A stretch of 64,000 bases of DNA from Eledone cirrhosa (lineage: Eukaryota), in assembly GCA_964016885.1 (NCBI GenBank), contig OZ024743.1:26846001-26910000 (forward strand), read 5' to 3'. Position numbers and translations under genes: made by a program. This document shows, one piece after another, positions 26,111 to 38,755 of the stretch. Position 1 is the first letter of the stretch, and every line of letters begins with the position of its first letter. Below the pieces are notes generated by a model, which did not search any database, had not been told where the DNA came from, and was given only the letters and a program-made list of their open reading frames with translations.

Positions 26111-27296
26111 ATTGGTGTCACTGGAAAGCTGCTGCAGTGGATCAAGAGCTTCCTGTCAAACAGAACCCAACATGTTGTAGTTGAGGGAGTCAAATCAAGC
26201 CCAGCCAAAGTCAGTAGTGGGGTCCCACAAGGCACTGTGTTGGGCCCACTTCTCTTCATCATCTATATTAATGACATCACTGACATCATCAAACACAGCA
26301 ACATTAAAATTTTCGCTGATGATTCCAAGCTCCAAAAGGTCATCAATGGCATGGATGACCGGATAAGCCTTCAGTCAGATCTACTGGCTGTTACCCAATG
26401 GGCGAAAAAGAACAACATGTTACTGAACGAAGACAAATTCGAACTGATCCACTTTGGAAAAGAGGATGCTCTGAAACTCCCGTACTCCCTTCCCTCCGGG
26501 GAAACTCTCGTGGCATCTAACAACATCAGAGACTTGGGAGTAACCGTGGACAGCAACATAAGCTGGACCACGCATATAAGCAGCAAAGTTGACATGGCCC
26601 GCAGAATGTGTTCCTGGATCCTCAGAACCTTCCAGTCGAGAGATTCCCGCACCATTATCCTTCTCTTCTCTACTTTTGCCCGACCACACCTTGAATACTG
26701 TTGTCCACTGTGGTCTCCCCACACGAAACAAAGTATCATGAAATTTGAAGCTCCTCAAAGGGCAATCACGAAAAAGATAGATGGCATATCAGACCTTGAC
26801 TACTGGGGTCGATTAGAAAACCTGAAACTTTACTCACTCCAACGTCGCCGTGAGCGTTATATTATCTGCATGATGTGGAAAATGTTCCATCATCACTGCC
26901 CAAATGATGTTGGCATCGCCTTCAAGATACACCCAAGGCTTGGGCCCCGTGCTATCCGTCCCATTCAAAAATCTAAATCGCAACTCATAACAACAATACG
27001 GCACAATTATTTCACCTCAATCGGCCCTGCTCTCTTCAACATCACACCAGGACACGTCAAAACAGAAACTGACCACACAAAATTCAAGAAGTCTTTGGAC
27101 AAATTCCTCCAAGTAATCCCGGACAAACCACCCACACCCGGATATGTCTCCGCAAACAGTAATTCTCTTCTCGAATGGGCCATGGTGCCCAAATCCTGAA
27201 TTGAAAGACTTCGCCAGGTGGTGCTATTAAGTTAGACATGGCCTGGGCCAATACTGGCCAAAACATTTCAAAGTTATTCAAAGTTATTCAAAGTTA
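26111..27296 (+). mobile_element. 5'-truncated CR1-group LINE with uninterrupted RT C-terminal reading frame
   Basis: [16 protein letters not shown]...[20 protein letters not shown]...FADD...RDLGV...RPHLEYC...[11 protein letters not shown], stop at 27199. Tail (TTCAAAGTTA)3 at 27267-27296. Confidence 0.9.
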
Positions 27297-27305
27297 TATA
27301 TATAC

Positions 27306-27360
<55 letters not shown>

Positions 27361-27857
27361 TACATGTATATATATATACATATATACATGTATATATATA
27401 TACATATATATATATACATATATACATGTATATATATATACATATATACATGTATATATATATACATATATACATGTATATATATATACATATATATATA
27501 TACATATATACATGTATATATATATATACATATATATATATATACATATATATATATACATATATATATATAAATATATATATATACATATATACATGTA
27601 TATATATATACATATATATATATACATATATACATGTATATATATATACATATATATATATACATATATACATGTATATATATATACATATATATATATA
27701 CATATATACATGTATATATATATACATATATATATACATATATATATATATATACATATATACATGTATATATATATACATATATACATGTATATATATA
27801 TACATATATACATGTATATATATATACATATATACATGTATATATATATATATATAT

Positions 27858-27903
<46 letters not shown>

Positions 27904-27943
27904 ATATATATATATATATACATGTATATATATATATATATAA

Positions 27944-29589
27944 CTACAGGAGAAGTACCTAGCTAAAGGTAGACCCCTCTACTTAGCTTTTGTCGACCTG
28001 GAGAAAGCCTTCGACAGAGTCCCCCGCTCCATTATCTGGTGGGCTCTTAGAAAACTAGGCGTTGACGAATGGCTTGTGAGGGCTATACAAGCCATGTATA
28101 AAGAAACAGTCAGTAAGGTTAGAATTAACAACGAATATAGTGAAGAGTTTAGCGTAAAAGTTGGCGTCCATCAGGGCTCTGTTCTCAGCCCCCTACTATT
28201 TATTATTGCCCTTCAGGCTATAACAGAGGAGTTCAAGACAGGCTGCCCATGGGAACTCCTATACGCAGACGACCTGACACTCATAGCGGAATCAATGGCC
28301 GAGCTAGAGAAGAAATTCCAAACATGGAAGCACGGCCTAGAGTCAAAAGGACTTAAAATTAACCTGGCTAAGACCAAAGTTCTAGTTTGTAGGAAAGAAA
28401 ACAAGGCGGCGGTCCCTTCTGGGAAATGGTCGTGCTCGATGTGTAGGAAAGGCGTAGGTAGAAACTCCATTTTATGTCCTAAATGCAAAGTATGGGTGCA
28501 TAAAAGATGTAGTGGGATCACAGGTAAGCTAACTAAGGACATAGATTTTACATGTGGCCGGTGTTCTGGTGCAATAAGTAGCAGCAAGTGCCCACAAAAT
28601 ACTAGCTCTTTCAATTGCGCAGAGGGTTCTATAGAAATAGTGGACAGCTTCCGTTACCTGGGCGATAAAATCAGCAGTGGGGGAGGGTGCTCTGAAAGTA
28701 CTGTAGCTAGAGTCAGAACTGGTTGGAAAAAGTTCAGAGAGCTTATACCACTATTAGCTGCTAAAGGGTTCTCCCTAAAAATGAAAGGCAGGTTGTACGA
28801 TGCCTGCATACGAACAGCAATGTTGCATGGTAGTGAGACCTGGGCATTGTGTGCAGAGGATATACGCAGACTAGAGAGGAACGAAGCTTGCATGCTCCGC
28901 TGGATGTGTAACAGTAATATACGTGAACGGCAAAGCATAAACGAACTAAGGAAAAAATTAGAGATAAGAGGGATCAGATGTTGTTTACTCGAGAGAAGGC
29001 TGCGTTGGTATGGACACGTGATGCGCATGAAAGTCGATAGCTGTATAACAAAGTGCAGGGCAATAAAGATAGACGGTAGCCACGGAATAGGCAGACCTAG
29101 AAAAACATGGGATGAGCTGATAAACTCCGACCTCACACACTTACACCTCTCCAAGACAATGTCACTGGACCGAGACCTTTGGCGGTACTCAGTAACAGAG
29201 AAGACCCGCCTTGCCAGTAGGCATCTCTAACAAAATACACCCCGTCCCGCCACCACCCCCACCCCATCCACACCACCCCGTTCTATGTAAAGTTATGTTG
29301 GTGCCGCGCCATCCAGGCCGAAACAAATGAGATCGTGTAGGTGTCACGACAAAAAAACACACAGTCCACGCTGTAATGTGGCCGTGTAGGCAACACGGTA
29401 AAAACCTCCCAGACCCACACTGTAAATGTGGTTGGTGTTAGGAAGGGCATCCAACTGTAGAAAACCTGCCAGACAGTCCTATGCGAGCAAGACAATCACT
29501 CTTGCCTCAAGTGGGACTACCCCCGTCCAAACCCATGCAAGCGTGGAACACGGACGTTAAACATTGATGATGATGATGATGATGATGAT
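27944..29589 (+). mobile_element. 5'-truncated RTE LINE, open RT frame 27944-29230 with embedded PHD finger, (GAT)n tail
   Basis: FVDLEKAFDRV, GVHQGSVLSPLLF, YADD, FRYLG, MLHGSETW, RLRWYGHV, GRPRKTW. No stops. Tail acgttaaacatt(gat)n. Confidence 0.93.
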
Positions 29590-29708
29590 ACATATATACA
29601 TGTATATATATATACATATATACATGTATATATATATACATATATACATGTATATATATATACATATATATATATACATGTATATATATATATATATATA
29701 TACATGTA

Positions 29709-29802
<94 letters not shown>

Positions 29803-29808
29803 CATGTA

Positions 29809-29868
<60 letters not shown>

Positions 29869-29874
29869 CATGTA

Positions 29875-29916
<42 letters not shown>

Positions 29917-29922
29917 CATGTA

Positions 29923-29964
<42 letters not shown>

Positions 29965-30063
29965 CATGTATATATATATATATATATACATATATACATG
30001 TATATATATATATATATATACATATATACATGTATATATATACATGTATACATATATACATAT

Positions 30064-30148
<85 letters not shown>

Positions 30149-30150
30149 CA

Positions 30151-30206
<56 letters not shown>

Positions 30207-30278
30207 TATACATATAAATATATATATATATATACATATATACACATATAAATATATATATATATATACATATATACA

Positions 30279-30312
<34 letters not shown>

Positions 30313-30322
30313 CATATATACA

Positions 30323-30358
<36 letters not shown>

Positions 30359-30362
30359 CTTA

Positions 30363-30394
<32 letters not shown>

Positions 30395-30459
30395 CATATA
30401 TATATATACATATATATATATACATATATACATATATATATATACATATATATATATAC

Positions 30460-30508
<49 letters not shown>

Positions 30509-30523
30509 CATATATATATATAC

Positions 30524-30676
<153 letters not shown>

Positions 30677-30766
30677 CATATATATATATACATATATACA
30701 TATATATATATACATGTATACATATATATATATACATGTATATATATATATATATATACATGTATA

Positions 30767-30798
<32 letters not shown>

Positions 30799-30883
30799 CA
30801 TATATATATATACATATATATATATACATATACATATATACATATACATATATACATATACATATATATATATACATATACAT

Positions 30884-30946
<63 letters not shown>

Positions 30947-31251
30947 CATATATATACATATATATATATACATATATATATACATATATATATACATATA
31001 TATATATACATATATATATACATATATATATACATATATATATATACATATATATATACATATATATATACATATATATATATACATATATATATATACA
31101 TATATATATATACATATATATATACATATATATATACATATATATACATACATATATATATACATATATATATATACATATATATATATACATACATATA
31201 TATATACATATATATATACATATATATATATACATATATATATATACATAC

Positions 31252-31318
<67 letters not shown>

Positions 31319-31321
31319 CAT

Positions 31322-31426
<105 letters not shown>

Positions 31427-31446
31427 CATATATATACATATACATA

Positions 31447-31478
<32 letters not shown>

Positions 31479-31545
31479 CATACATATATATATATATATA
31501 CATACATATATATATATACATACATATATATATATATATACATAC

Positions 31546-31578
<33 letters not shown>

Positions 31579-31586
31579 CATACATA

Positions 31587-31654
<68 letters not shown>

Positions 31655-31667
31655 CATATATATATAC

Positions 31668-31732
<65 letters not shown>

Positions 31733-31813
31733 CATATATATATATACATATATATAATAGAATAATCGAGTATCGGAAAATCAGCTCACGAATTAACGAT
31801 AAACAATATATAT

Positions 31814-31893
<80 letters not shown>

Positions 31894-32069
31894 GTGTGTG
31901 TAGAAGGTGAGTAATATTGTAGAACAATAAAACTATGCATATAACCGATAAGAAGCACTCAACTGTTAGTAGAACTGTTATAGGTAAGTTATTCCGGGTT
32001 GAATCGGAGGTAACCACAGTAAGTAAGGTACTCAATACATAGCAGAGTATAAAGATTTTAATATAAATG

Positions 32070-32120
32070 AGATTCTACAGGACTAGAACTGTTTCATTCT
32101 TGAGAAATCATCAGGAATCT
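32070..32120 (-). ncRNA. Minimal type I hammerhead ribozyme with intact core (Penelope-like), in one arm of a 65-bp palindrome
   Basis: AGATTC-CTGATGA-tttctcaagaat-GAAA-CAG ttctagtc CTG-TA-GAATCT. Stem I is AGATTC/GAATCT, stem III ACAG/CTGT, cleavage triplet GUA. Stem II is weak (TTC/GAA). Confidence 0.7.
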
Positions 32121-32502
32121 CAGATTCCTGATGATTTCTCAAGAATCAAACAGTTCTAGTCCTGTAGAATCTCATCTATATTAAAACTTATATATATATA
32201 TATATATATAACTTTGTAACTTTGTAACTAACCTTCCATAGATCGATATCGAAGTATAGTTACGATGTACTATCATCACCTAGAAACGATCGTAAAGCAG
32301 TGAAGTATATTTCTAATGACTTGATTTTTTATTTCATTGTTTTAACATATATACACACACATATATATATAAAGTATTTATGTTATTGTGTAATTGTATG
32401 TATAAATGTGTGTATATGTGAGAGGAGTAAAAGAGAAAGAAAGAATGTCACACTAGTGTGAACATAAAACGCAGTAAAACAGAGGTGCGGCTAAGACGCG
32501 GT

Positions 32503-33050
32503 TTGTTATTTCGCCCAGGTCAGCCCTGATTCAGTATACCTATAATCAAAAGCATTCAAGCTTTGGCACCCCCGTTTTTTTTCATATTTCTTATTTTTTC
32601 TTTTCTCAAGACACAGTATATCTAGGGCTACATTACCCGATATATTTATCTCCGGAGAATTTTTATCTAAGATGGCAGGGTCTAATCAATAGGTGGGTGT
32701 GATGAACGCAGGTTGGTGCAATTCGAAAACAATAATATAAAACAATACCACCCATAAACAAATAAAATATAAACAACAACAACAACAAAAAACCGCTGAC
32801 ACAGATCACCAACAATGTTGACGAATCAAATAGGAAACCTCTCTTATGTGGTCGCTCGGTCAGTAAGAAATATTAACCAAATCTTTCTCAAATCACATCT
32901 TACTGTCTTTAAATAGATAGTAACATTGGATAATGTAATGGTAGACATACTATATTTGAACTAAACAAAATAGACGAGATGATCACAACTGGAACACCTT
33001 TGGTAAAATGTGTGTTCGTTCATGGTAGAGCTCGACATATAAATAATAAT
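32503..33050. repeat. Two inverted, diverged copies of an abundant short interspersed repeat (ccaggtcagccctgat...agatggcagggtg...gctatttct family)
   Basis: Plus copy about 32503-32690, minus copy about 32835-33050. Other copies at about 22985, 24075 and 55450-55650. Confidence 0.5.
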
Positions 33051-33345
33051 GTTACTAAACAAACAATTCAACTACCAGAAGAAACATTCAGAGAATAATA
33101 TTTTGCTGTAGATCACTACAAGACATTTTCCACAGAGCTAAGCTATCATTCAAAAATATCCGATCAGAAAAAGTGGAGAAGACAGATCGAACTAAGAACA
33201 GAAATATATTATGAATAAACATCATTATATTATACTTGAATGATACCAGCAACAGTAAAGGTATTATTTGAAGCATTTCAATGAAATTTTAGTGAATATA
33301 TAAACGTTGAAGAGACACTGAGAGTGTAAAGTAAAAATAACTAAC

Positions 33346-33750
33346 CTGTCAGTCTGTCAAAGTAATGTATGGATGGCTACGTCGTCTGTCAGGTTCGGTA
33401 TGCTAAGTAGTTACGTCACAACACTGCACTGCCATCTATCGGTCGTTCGATCATATCGATAGAGGAGAAAAGAAACAACGATAACTGATCAGGGGCAGAC
33501 AACTTCAGCAAGATCGATTGTCCTTAATCAGGTTTTGTGTGATGCGTCAGCTGCAGTGGGAGGCGGAAAAATGGGGAGAAAGAAGGAATGGAATGAAAGG
33601 GTAACAGGTGAGAAGAAGAACGTAGAGACGTATAAGAGAAAATAAGCGGAGTGAAGATGATGTGTGCAAGTAGTGGCAGCAGGATCGAACACGAGACGCG
33701 ATTCCTAACTGCACGTGACTACATAGTGTAGAAAGAATAATTTGCGAACT
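33346..33750. promoter_or_regulatory. Candidate (bidirectional) promoter / first-exon region
   Basis: Non-repeat, CpG-richer island. It has DRE TATCGATA (33454-33461), CTCF-like ctgccatctatcgg (33429-33442), TTACGTCA (33411-33418) and CACGTGAC (33712-33719). Outward-facing donors CAG|GTTAGT (minus, GT 33345-33344) and CAG|GTGAGA (plus, GT 33608-33609). Confidence 0.45.
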
Positions 33751-33916
33751 CATTTCTTGACCAGCTTCGATCTTTCGAAAAACTCACTCGCCATGCACAC
33801 ATATTCATAAACAAACTGCCAAAAACGTACCACAGCGATTACACTTTTATTCACGTATTAACACAAACAAAAATATGCACTTTCATAGGTATCTATCTAT
33901 GAAGTACATATATTTA

Positions 33917-34015
<99 letters not shown>

Positions 34016-34037
34016 TTAATGCCAGCACAAATGACTA

Positions 34038-34387
34038 TAATAATTGTTTCTACGTTAGGCACAAGGCCAGCAATTACTGTACCAGTATTACTGGTACTTT
34101 ATTTTATCGACCCCGTAAGGATGAAAGGCAAAGTTAACCTCGGCGGGATGATTGAAAATAATCAGGTAAAATATCCTGTTATCGACTATTATTATTGTCG
34201 CAGTATCGGTAGAGGGTCGGACGCCATGCTTTGACGCATAGAGTTACGGCCCTTGCCATTCTGAGTTCAAATCCCGCCGAGGTTAACTTTGCCTTTCATC
34301 CTTATGGGGTTGATAAAATAAAGTACCAGTAATGCACTGGGTATTTGCTGGCCTTGTGCCAAAAAGTAGAAACAATTATTGTTATTT
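34038..34387. mobile_element. Head-to-head pair of OK-like SINEs (minus partial 34038-34149, plus 34200-34387)
   Basis: Both carry the core and the tail tagaaacaattatt in opposite orientations. Confidence 0.8.
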
Positions 34388-34783
34388 GACCTAGGACGAT
34401 TACATTTCAAAATTCACAGTTCTTACTGCAAATTTTATTTATATATATATAAACAACTGGTTGTTTATAAATACGCACACGCACACACACACACATATAT
34501 ATAGTTGATAAATGAAACAAACAGAACATAGGAGGCAATTTTTACAGTTATATTAGGTTCACAGTTCAAATCCCGCTGCGGTCAACTTTGCCAGTCATCC
34601 TTTCGAGGTCGATAAAAAAAAGTACCAGTCTAGTACTGGGTGGATTCTTCCTTTATAGAAAAAATCGGCTGTGTTCACACCTGGAGAGGGTTGGGCTCCG
34701 CTAGACGCACCATATGACGGTGCCTCTACGGTTCCACAAGGCGTTATGGGATTTTATCTTATATATATTATATATATATATAT

Positions 34784-34815
<32 letters not shown>

Positions 34816-34879
34816 ATATATATATAAATCAGGTTGGAATCAGTTTCACCCCACTAATCTAATGAATGACTGAAACCAG

Positions 34880-34966
<87 letters not shown>

Positions 34967-35749
34967 TATATATAGGAAGATGTTTAACCCCGACGGCAGA
35001 GCTCAAGCCGTTTCGACGGCTATTTCAGTCCAGAAATAGCAGTCGAAATGGCTTGAGCTCTGCCGTCGGGGTTAAACATCTTCCTATTACCCATTCTACT
35101 ACCCTAAGTATTGAGTACTCTGGTGCGTTATGGTCCATCTGGTTTCTTCCCACACTTCCTCCGTTATATATATATATATATATAATAAACAGCAAGAGTC
35201 GGGTCCTGACTTCTTATAATAAATATAAATATATATATATATATATAGTTATGTAATAAACAACATAAGATAGTTAATTCATTTACCATTGGTAAATTCT
35301 ATTAATTATCTTATGTTGTTTATTACATAACTGAAAAGCTCTGTAGCCTACATAAAGCACTCTCTTTTCCTTTACCTTTCCTATGGAAATACTTTATATA
35401 TATATATTTCGTTTTTAAATCTGTAATCTGTTTGCAAGATTTCTTAACTGAAAATGTGTGTTGCAACAGATATTGTTAAACTTTGGGAGGGCTATGCTGC
35501 CAATAAAAATACACACACCTGTTGGTTTTCACTTCAATTTATAAATTTCCGGTTGGTTGGTTCAATAACCAGATGGTTGTTTATATATTGTCAAAGCTCT
35601 TTTGTTACACATTCTGTGACTTCCTCAGTGACTGAGTTCTTATTTTGTGTCTCTCCTTTGTTCTGCCCTACTCCATCTTGTATAGGAATGAACCGGCAAT
35701 AAATATTTATTAAGCTAAGAAGCTCAACGTAGTTTCCTCAAAGATGTAG

Positions 35750-37373
35750 GAGTGAGGAAATCTAAAATTGAGTGAACTTTGTTCAGAGAGAGCAGATTCT
35801 TTCTTTGTCAACGCAATATCCCAGAAAATCTAGAGAAGAAACACTGAAAAGAAATTTGTTGGGATTGATTATGATACCAAACTGAGAAAAACAATTGAAA
35901 AGGAGTTGTAGGTATTTTTGTATTCTTTATGGAATGTGCTGGGTACCAACATATCATTAATATATGTATAGACAATGGGTAAAGAAACTCGGGAAGGTTG
36001 ATGTGGCATTGCCTAAATTGAATGGCATCTTAAGAAACTCAAAAATACCAACAGGAATCATAATGGCTGTTTTTTTAACGTCATCTGGTTTGATAGGAAT
36101 CTCGTATGCCTGCACAAGACCGATTTTCAAAAGAAAAAAAATTAGCTCTGTGTAGGGTAGCAAAGAAGTCCTGTATGTGAGGCACAGGATACATATCGGG
36201 TTTCATATGTGTCTTAAGAAACTGATAGTCCGCATAAAGTCACTAGTCACCTGTAGACTTCTTGGGAACCATGTGAGGGGGTGAAGACCAACTGTTACTG
36301 GATGGATGAACAATGCCCAGTTCCAGCATGTGATAAATCTATGCTTTTACAATCCTAGTGTGATCATGAGTGTGTCGACGTGGTTTAGAAGAAACCAGAG
36401 GGCCATCTGTGAGTCACAGGCTGACTGTTAAACACAGGGTGTGTGATGTCAGGGTATCTGCACAGAAAAGTGTCATATTTGCCTGGCTGAACTAGGGTGA
36501 AGAAAAGTGGGCTGAGGGAAGGCACTCTAGCACTGATATGGCACACATTGAGACCAGTGGTGGAATCAACCAGTCTGTTGTGTTTAACATCTACCAGTAG
36601 TCTGAAATGCTGTAGGAAATCTGCTCCTAGAATCGGAGTCGGTAACTTGGCAATGACAAACACCCACAGGAAAACCCAGCTGAATTTACAGTGGTACCAG
36701 CTTATGGATCAGTTGTCTGGGTACAACTCTGATCTCATGGACATTGGTGGAAAGCACACCAAGATGGGCTAGCACTGTAGTATGGCTAAAACTACATTTA
36801 AGCCATAAGTGTGCTCAACTATGCTTTGCACTCCTTTGAGCTTCAAGAACTACCACCTCTAAAACAGAATTGGGCCTCAATGTAATGGAACCAAATAGTT
36901 GAATATTGAGGCCAAAATATCAGGATCTGAAGGGATAGTCCTGCTTGTGTTGATACTGCTGCTGATGAGAGGGCTATGTCATGTCAACATTTTACAGGGC
37001 TGTGAATGGTTTTGTATGTTTGGAGTCACCAATTAAAGCAAAGTCTATTTGTTGTGGGAGAAAAGCCGAACACAGCAAGTACAACAATTCTGGTTTGTCA
37101 TATATATTTTTACTTTACCCCACAAAAGGAATTGTAAATACAATCAGTGATTATAGTGTTCAATAGTAATCATAGTGTTCAATAAGGCCTCAGTGTTGTG
37201 CAAGCAGTCACTTTTTTTACTTTGAGCTGTTCCCTTAAAAAGTAACGAGCTGGTAGTAAGGCAACAGTTGTGTTGCCACAGAAATTGTAGTAGTAGTAAA
37301 CCATATGTGACAAACTGTGTTACTAGAGCCAAATGACAGCATATTTATAATGACTGTTAGTTGCGTTACACAA
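35750..37373 (-). mobile_element. Decayed Ty3/Gypsy LTR retrotransposon (5' LTR, PBS, gag/protease/RT remnants)
   Basis: PILGADFLQHFRLLVD (protease), WSSPLHMVPKK, DDVKKTAI..P.G.FEFLKMPFNLGNA (RT). PBS-like TGGTGACTCCA at 37031-37021 resembles the tRNA-Trp PBS TGGTGACCCCG. A putative LTR starts TGTG at about 37373. Confidence 0.75.
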
Positions 37374-38199
37374 CACAGATGACCTTTATAAAATGTCCTC
37401 TTTTCATACAATTAGCGCTGTAAGTCCTTCCACAAGCGAACATTTTCTATAGTGATCTCTTTGAGGTCGCAGGTGTTCATGACCATTAGGGAAAAAATTG
37501 TGGGAAAACATTTCTTTCTTTACAGGGGTACCGTCTTGGCTTAGTCGATCATATCGACCCCCAGTACTTATTTTTTCAAGTCTGATACTTATTTCATCGA
37601 TATCTTTTTTATTGAACTGCTAAGTTATGGGACTTTATCTCAGACACAAATGCAGACATAAAAATAGACACATACACACACACACACAGACAGACAAGCA
37701 GACACACATACATTATTATCATCAATTTTATGTCTGCTTTCCACACTGGCATGGATTGGACAGGTTGTTACAGTCTGAGATCAGACTGTTCAGGGTAACC
37801 TTATCTCACTCAAGCTTTCTATATTTGGCATGGTTTCTATGAACAGATGCCCTTCCTAAATTTAACCAGCTTATATAGTGTACTGCATGCATTTTTATCA
37901 TGACACTAGCACTACCACTTTACAATTCAAAGTCTACAACAAAAATCTTGGTCTCTTTCATTCTTATTTCATTCTAGTAGACCCAATAGAGGGAACAGAT
38001 ATTGAGTCAGAGAGGCCTTAAAACATGCAAAGAAGCTAAAAAAGCTGCCTGACCATGAAAGGTTATTACTGAAACACTAAAAAATATTCAGTGAAGAAGA
38101 ACTCTAACTAGTCACTTGCATAATGAACCAGATAGTACATGATGGTACTACACCTGATGACTCATGTAGCATTATCATCATCAATTGCTATAAGAGCAC

Positions 38200-38755
38200 A
38201 ACAGATGCTCTAGAAAGAGATGTCTAATAAGTGGATGAAATAATGAAAATAACAGAAAGAGTTTTAGCTTGATTAATCAGAGAAAGAATGAGATTAGATG
38301 AGATGCAGTTTGGAATTTTGTCAGAATGGAGTATCTTTGATGTTCCTTTCTAAGTGAGATAACTCCAAGAGAATTTCCAAACTAAAAAGTAAGTCCCTAT
38401 GTTCAGTTTTCATTGAACTGGAGAAGGCCCTTATAGTTTAGTCGTCTTTAAGAAAACTAGGTGCAGATGAATGGATTCTGAGAGCAGTGTAAGCTGTATA
38501 CAAAAATGCTGTCAATAAAATGAGAATAATGAATAAGTTTAGTGAGGAATTCAGTGAGCAGGCTAATGTTTATCAAAGCTCATTTCTCAGCCCACTCTTG
38601 TCCATTAAAATTTTCAGACCATAACAGTAGAGTTTAAGATTGCCTGTCCTTAAGAATTGCCATATGTTGATGAACTAATACATTTAGCTGAACCTGTGAA
38701 GGATTGTGAGGAGATATTCCAGACCTAGAAACAAAATAAAAATTGAAAGGTTTTA
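38200..38755 (+). mobile_element. Old RTE RT fragment (same family as 27944)
   Basis: Decayed DEMQFG, FIELEKA, LRKLGADEW, SFLSPLL and YVDEL remnants. Confidence 0.6.

Noticed and set aside
35455-35740. Possible solo LTR (TG...CA, AATAAA at about 35698)
   Set aside because: No matching second LTR or TSD could be confirmed, and it does not visibly match the Gypsy LTR at 37033-37373.
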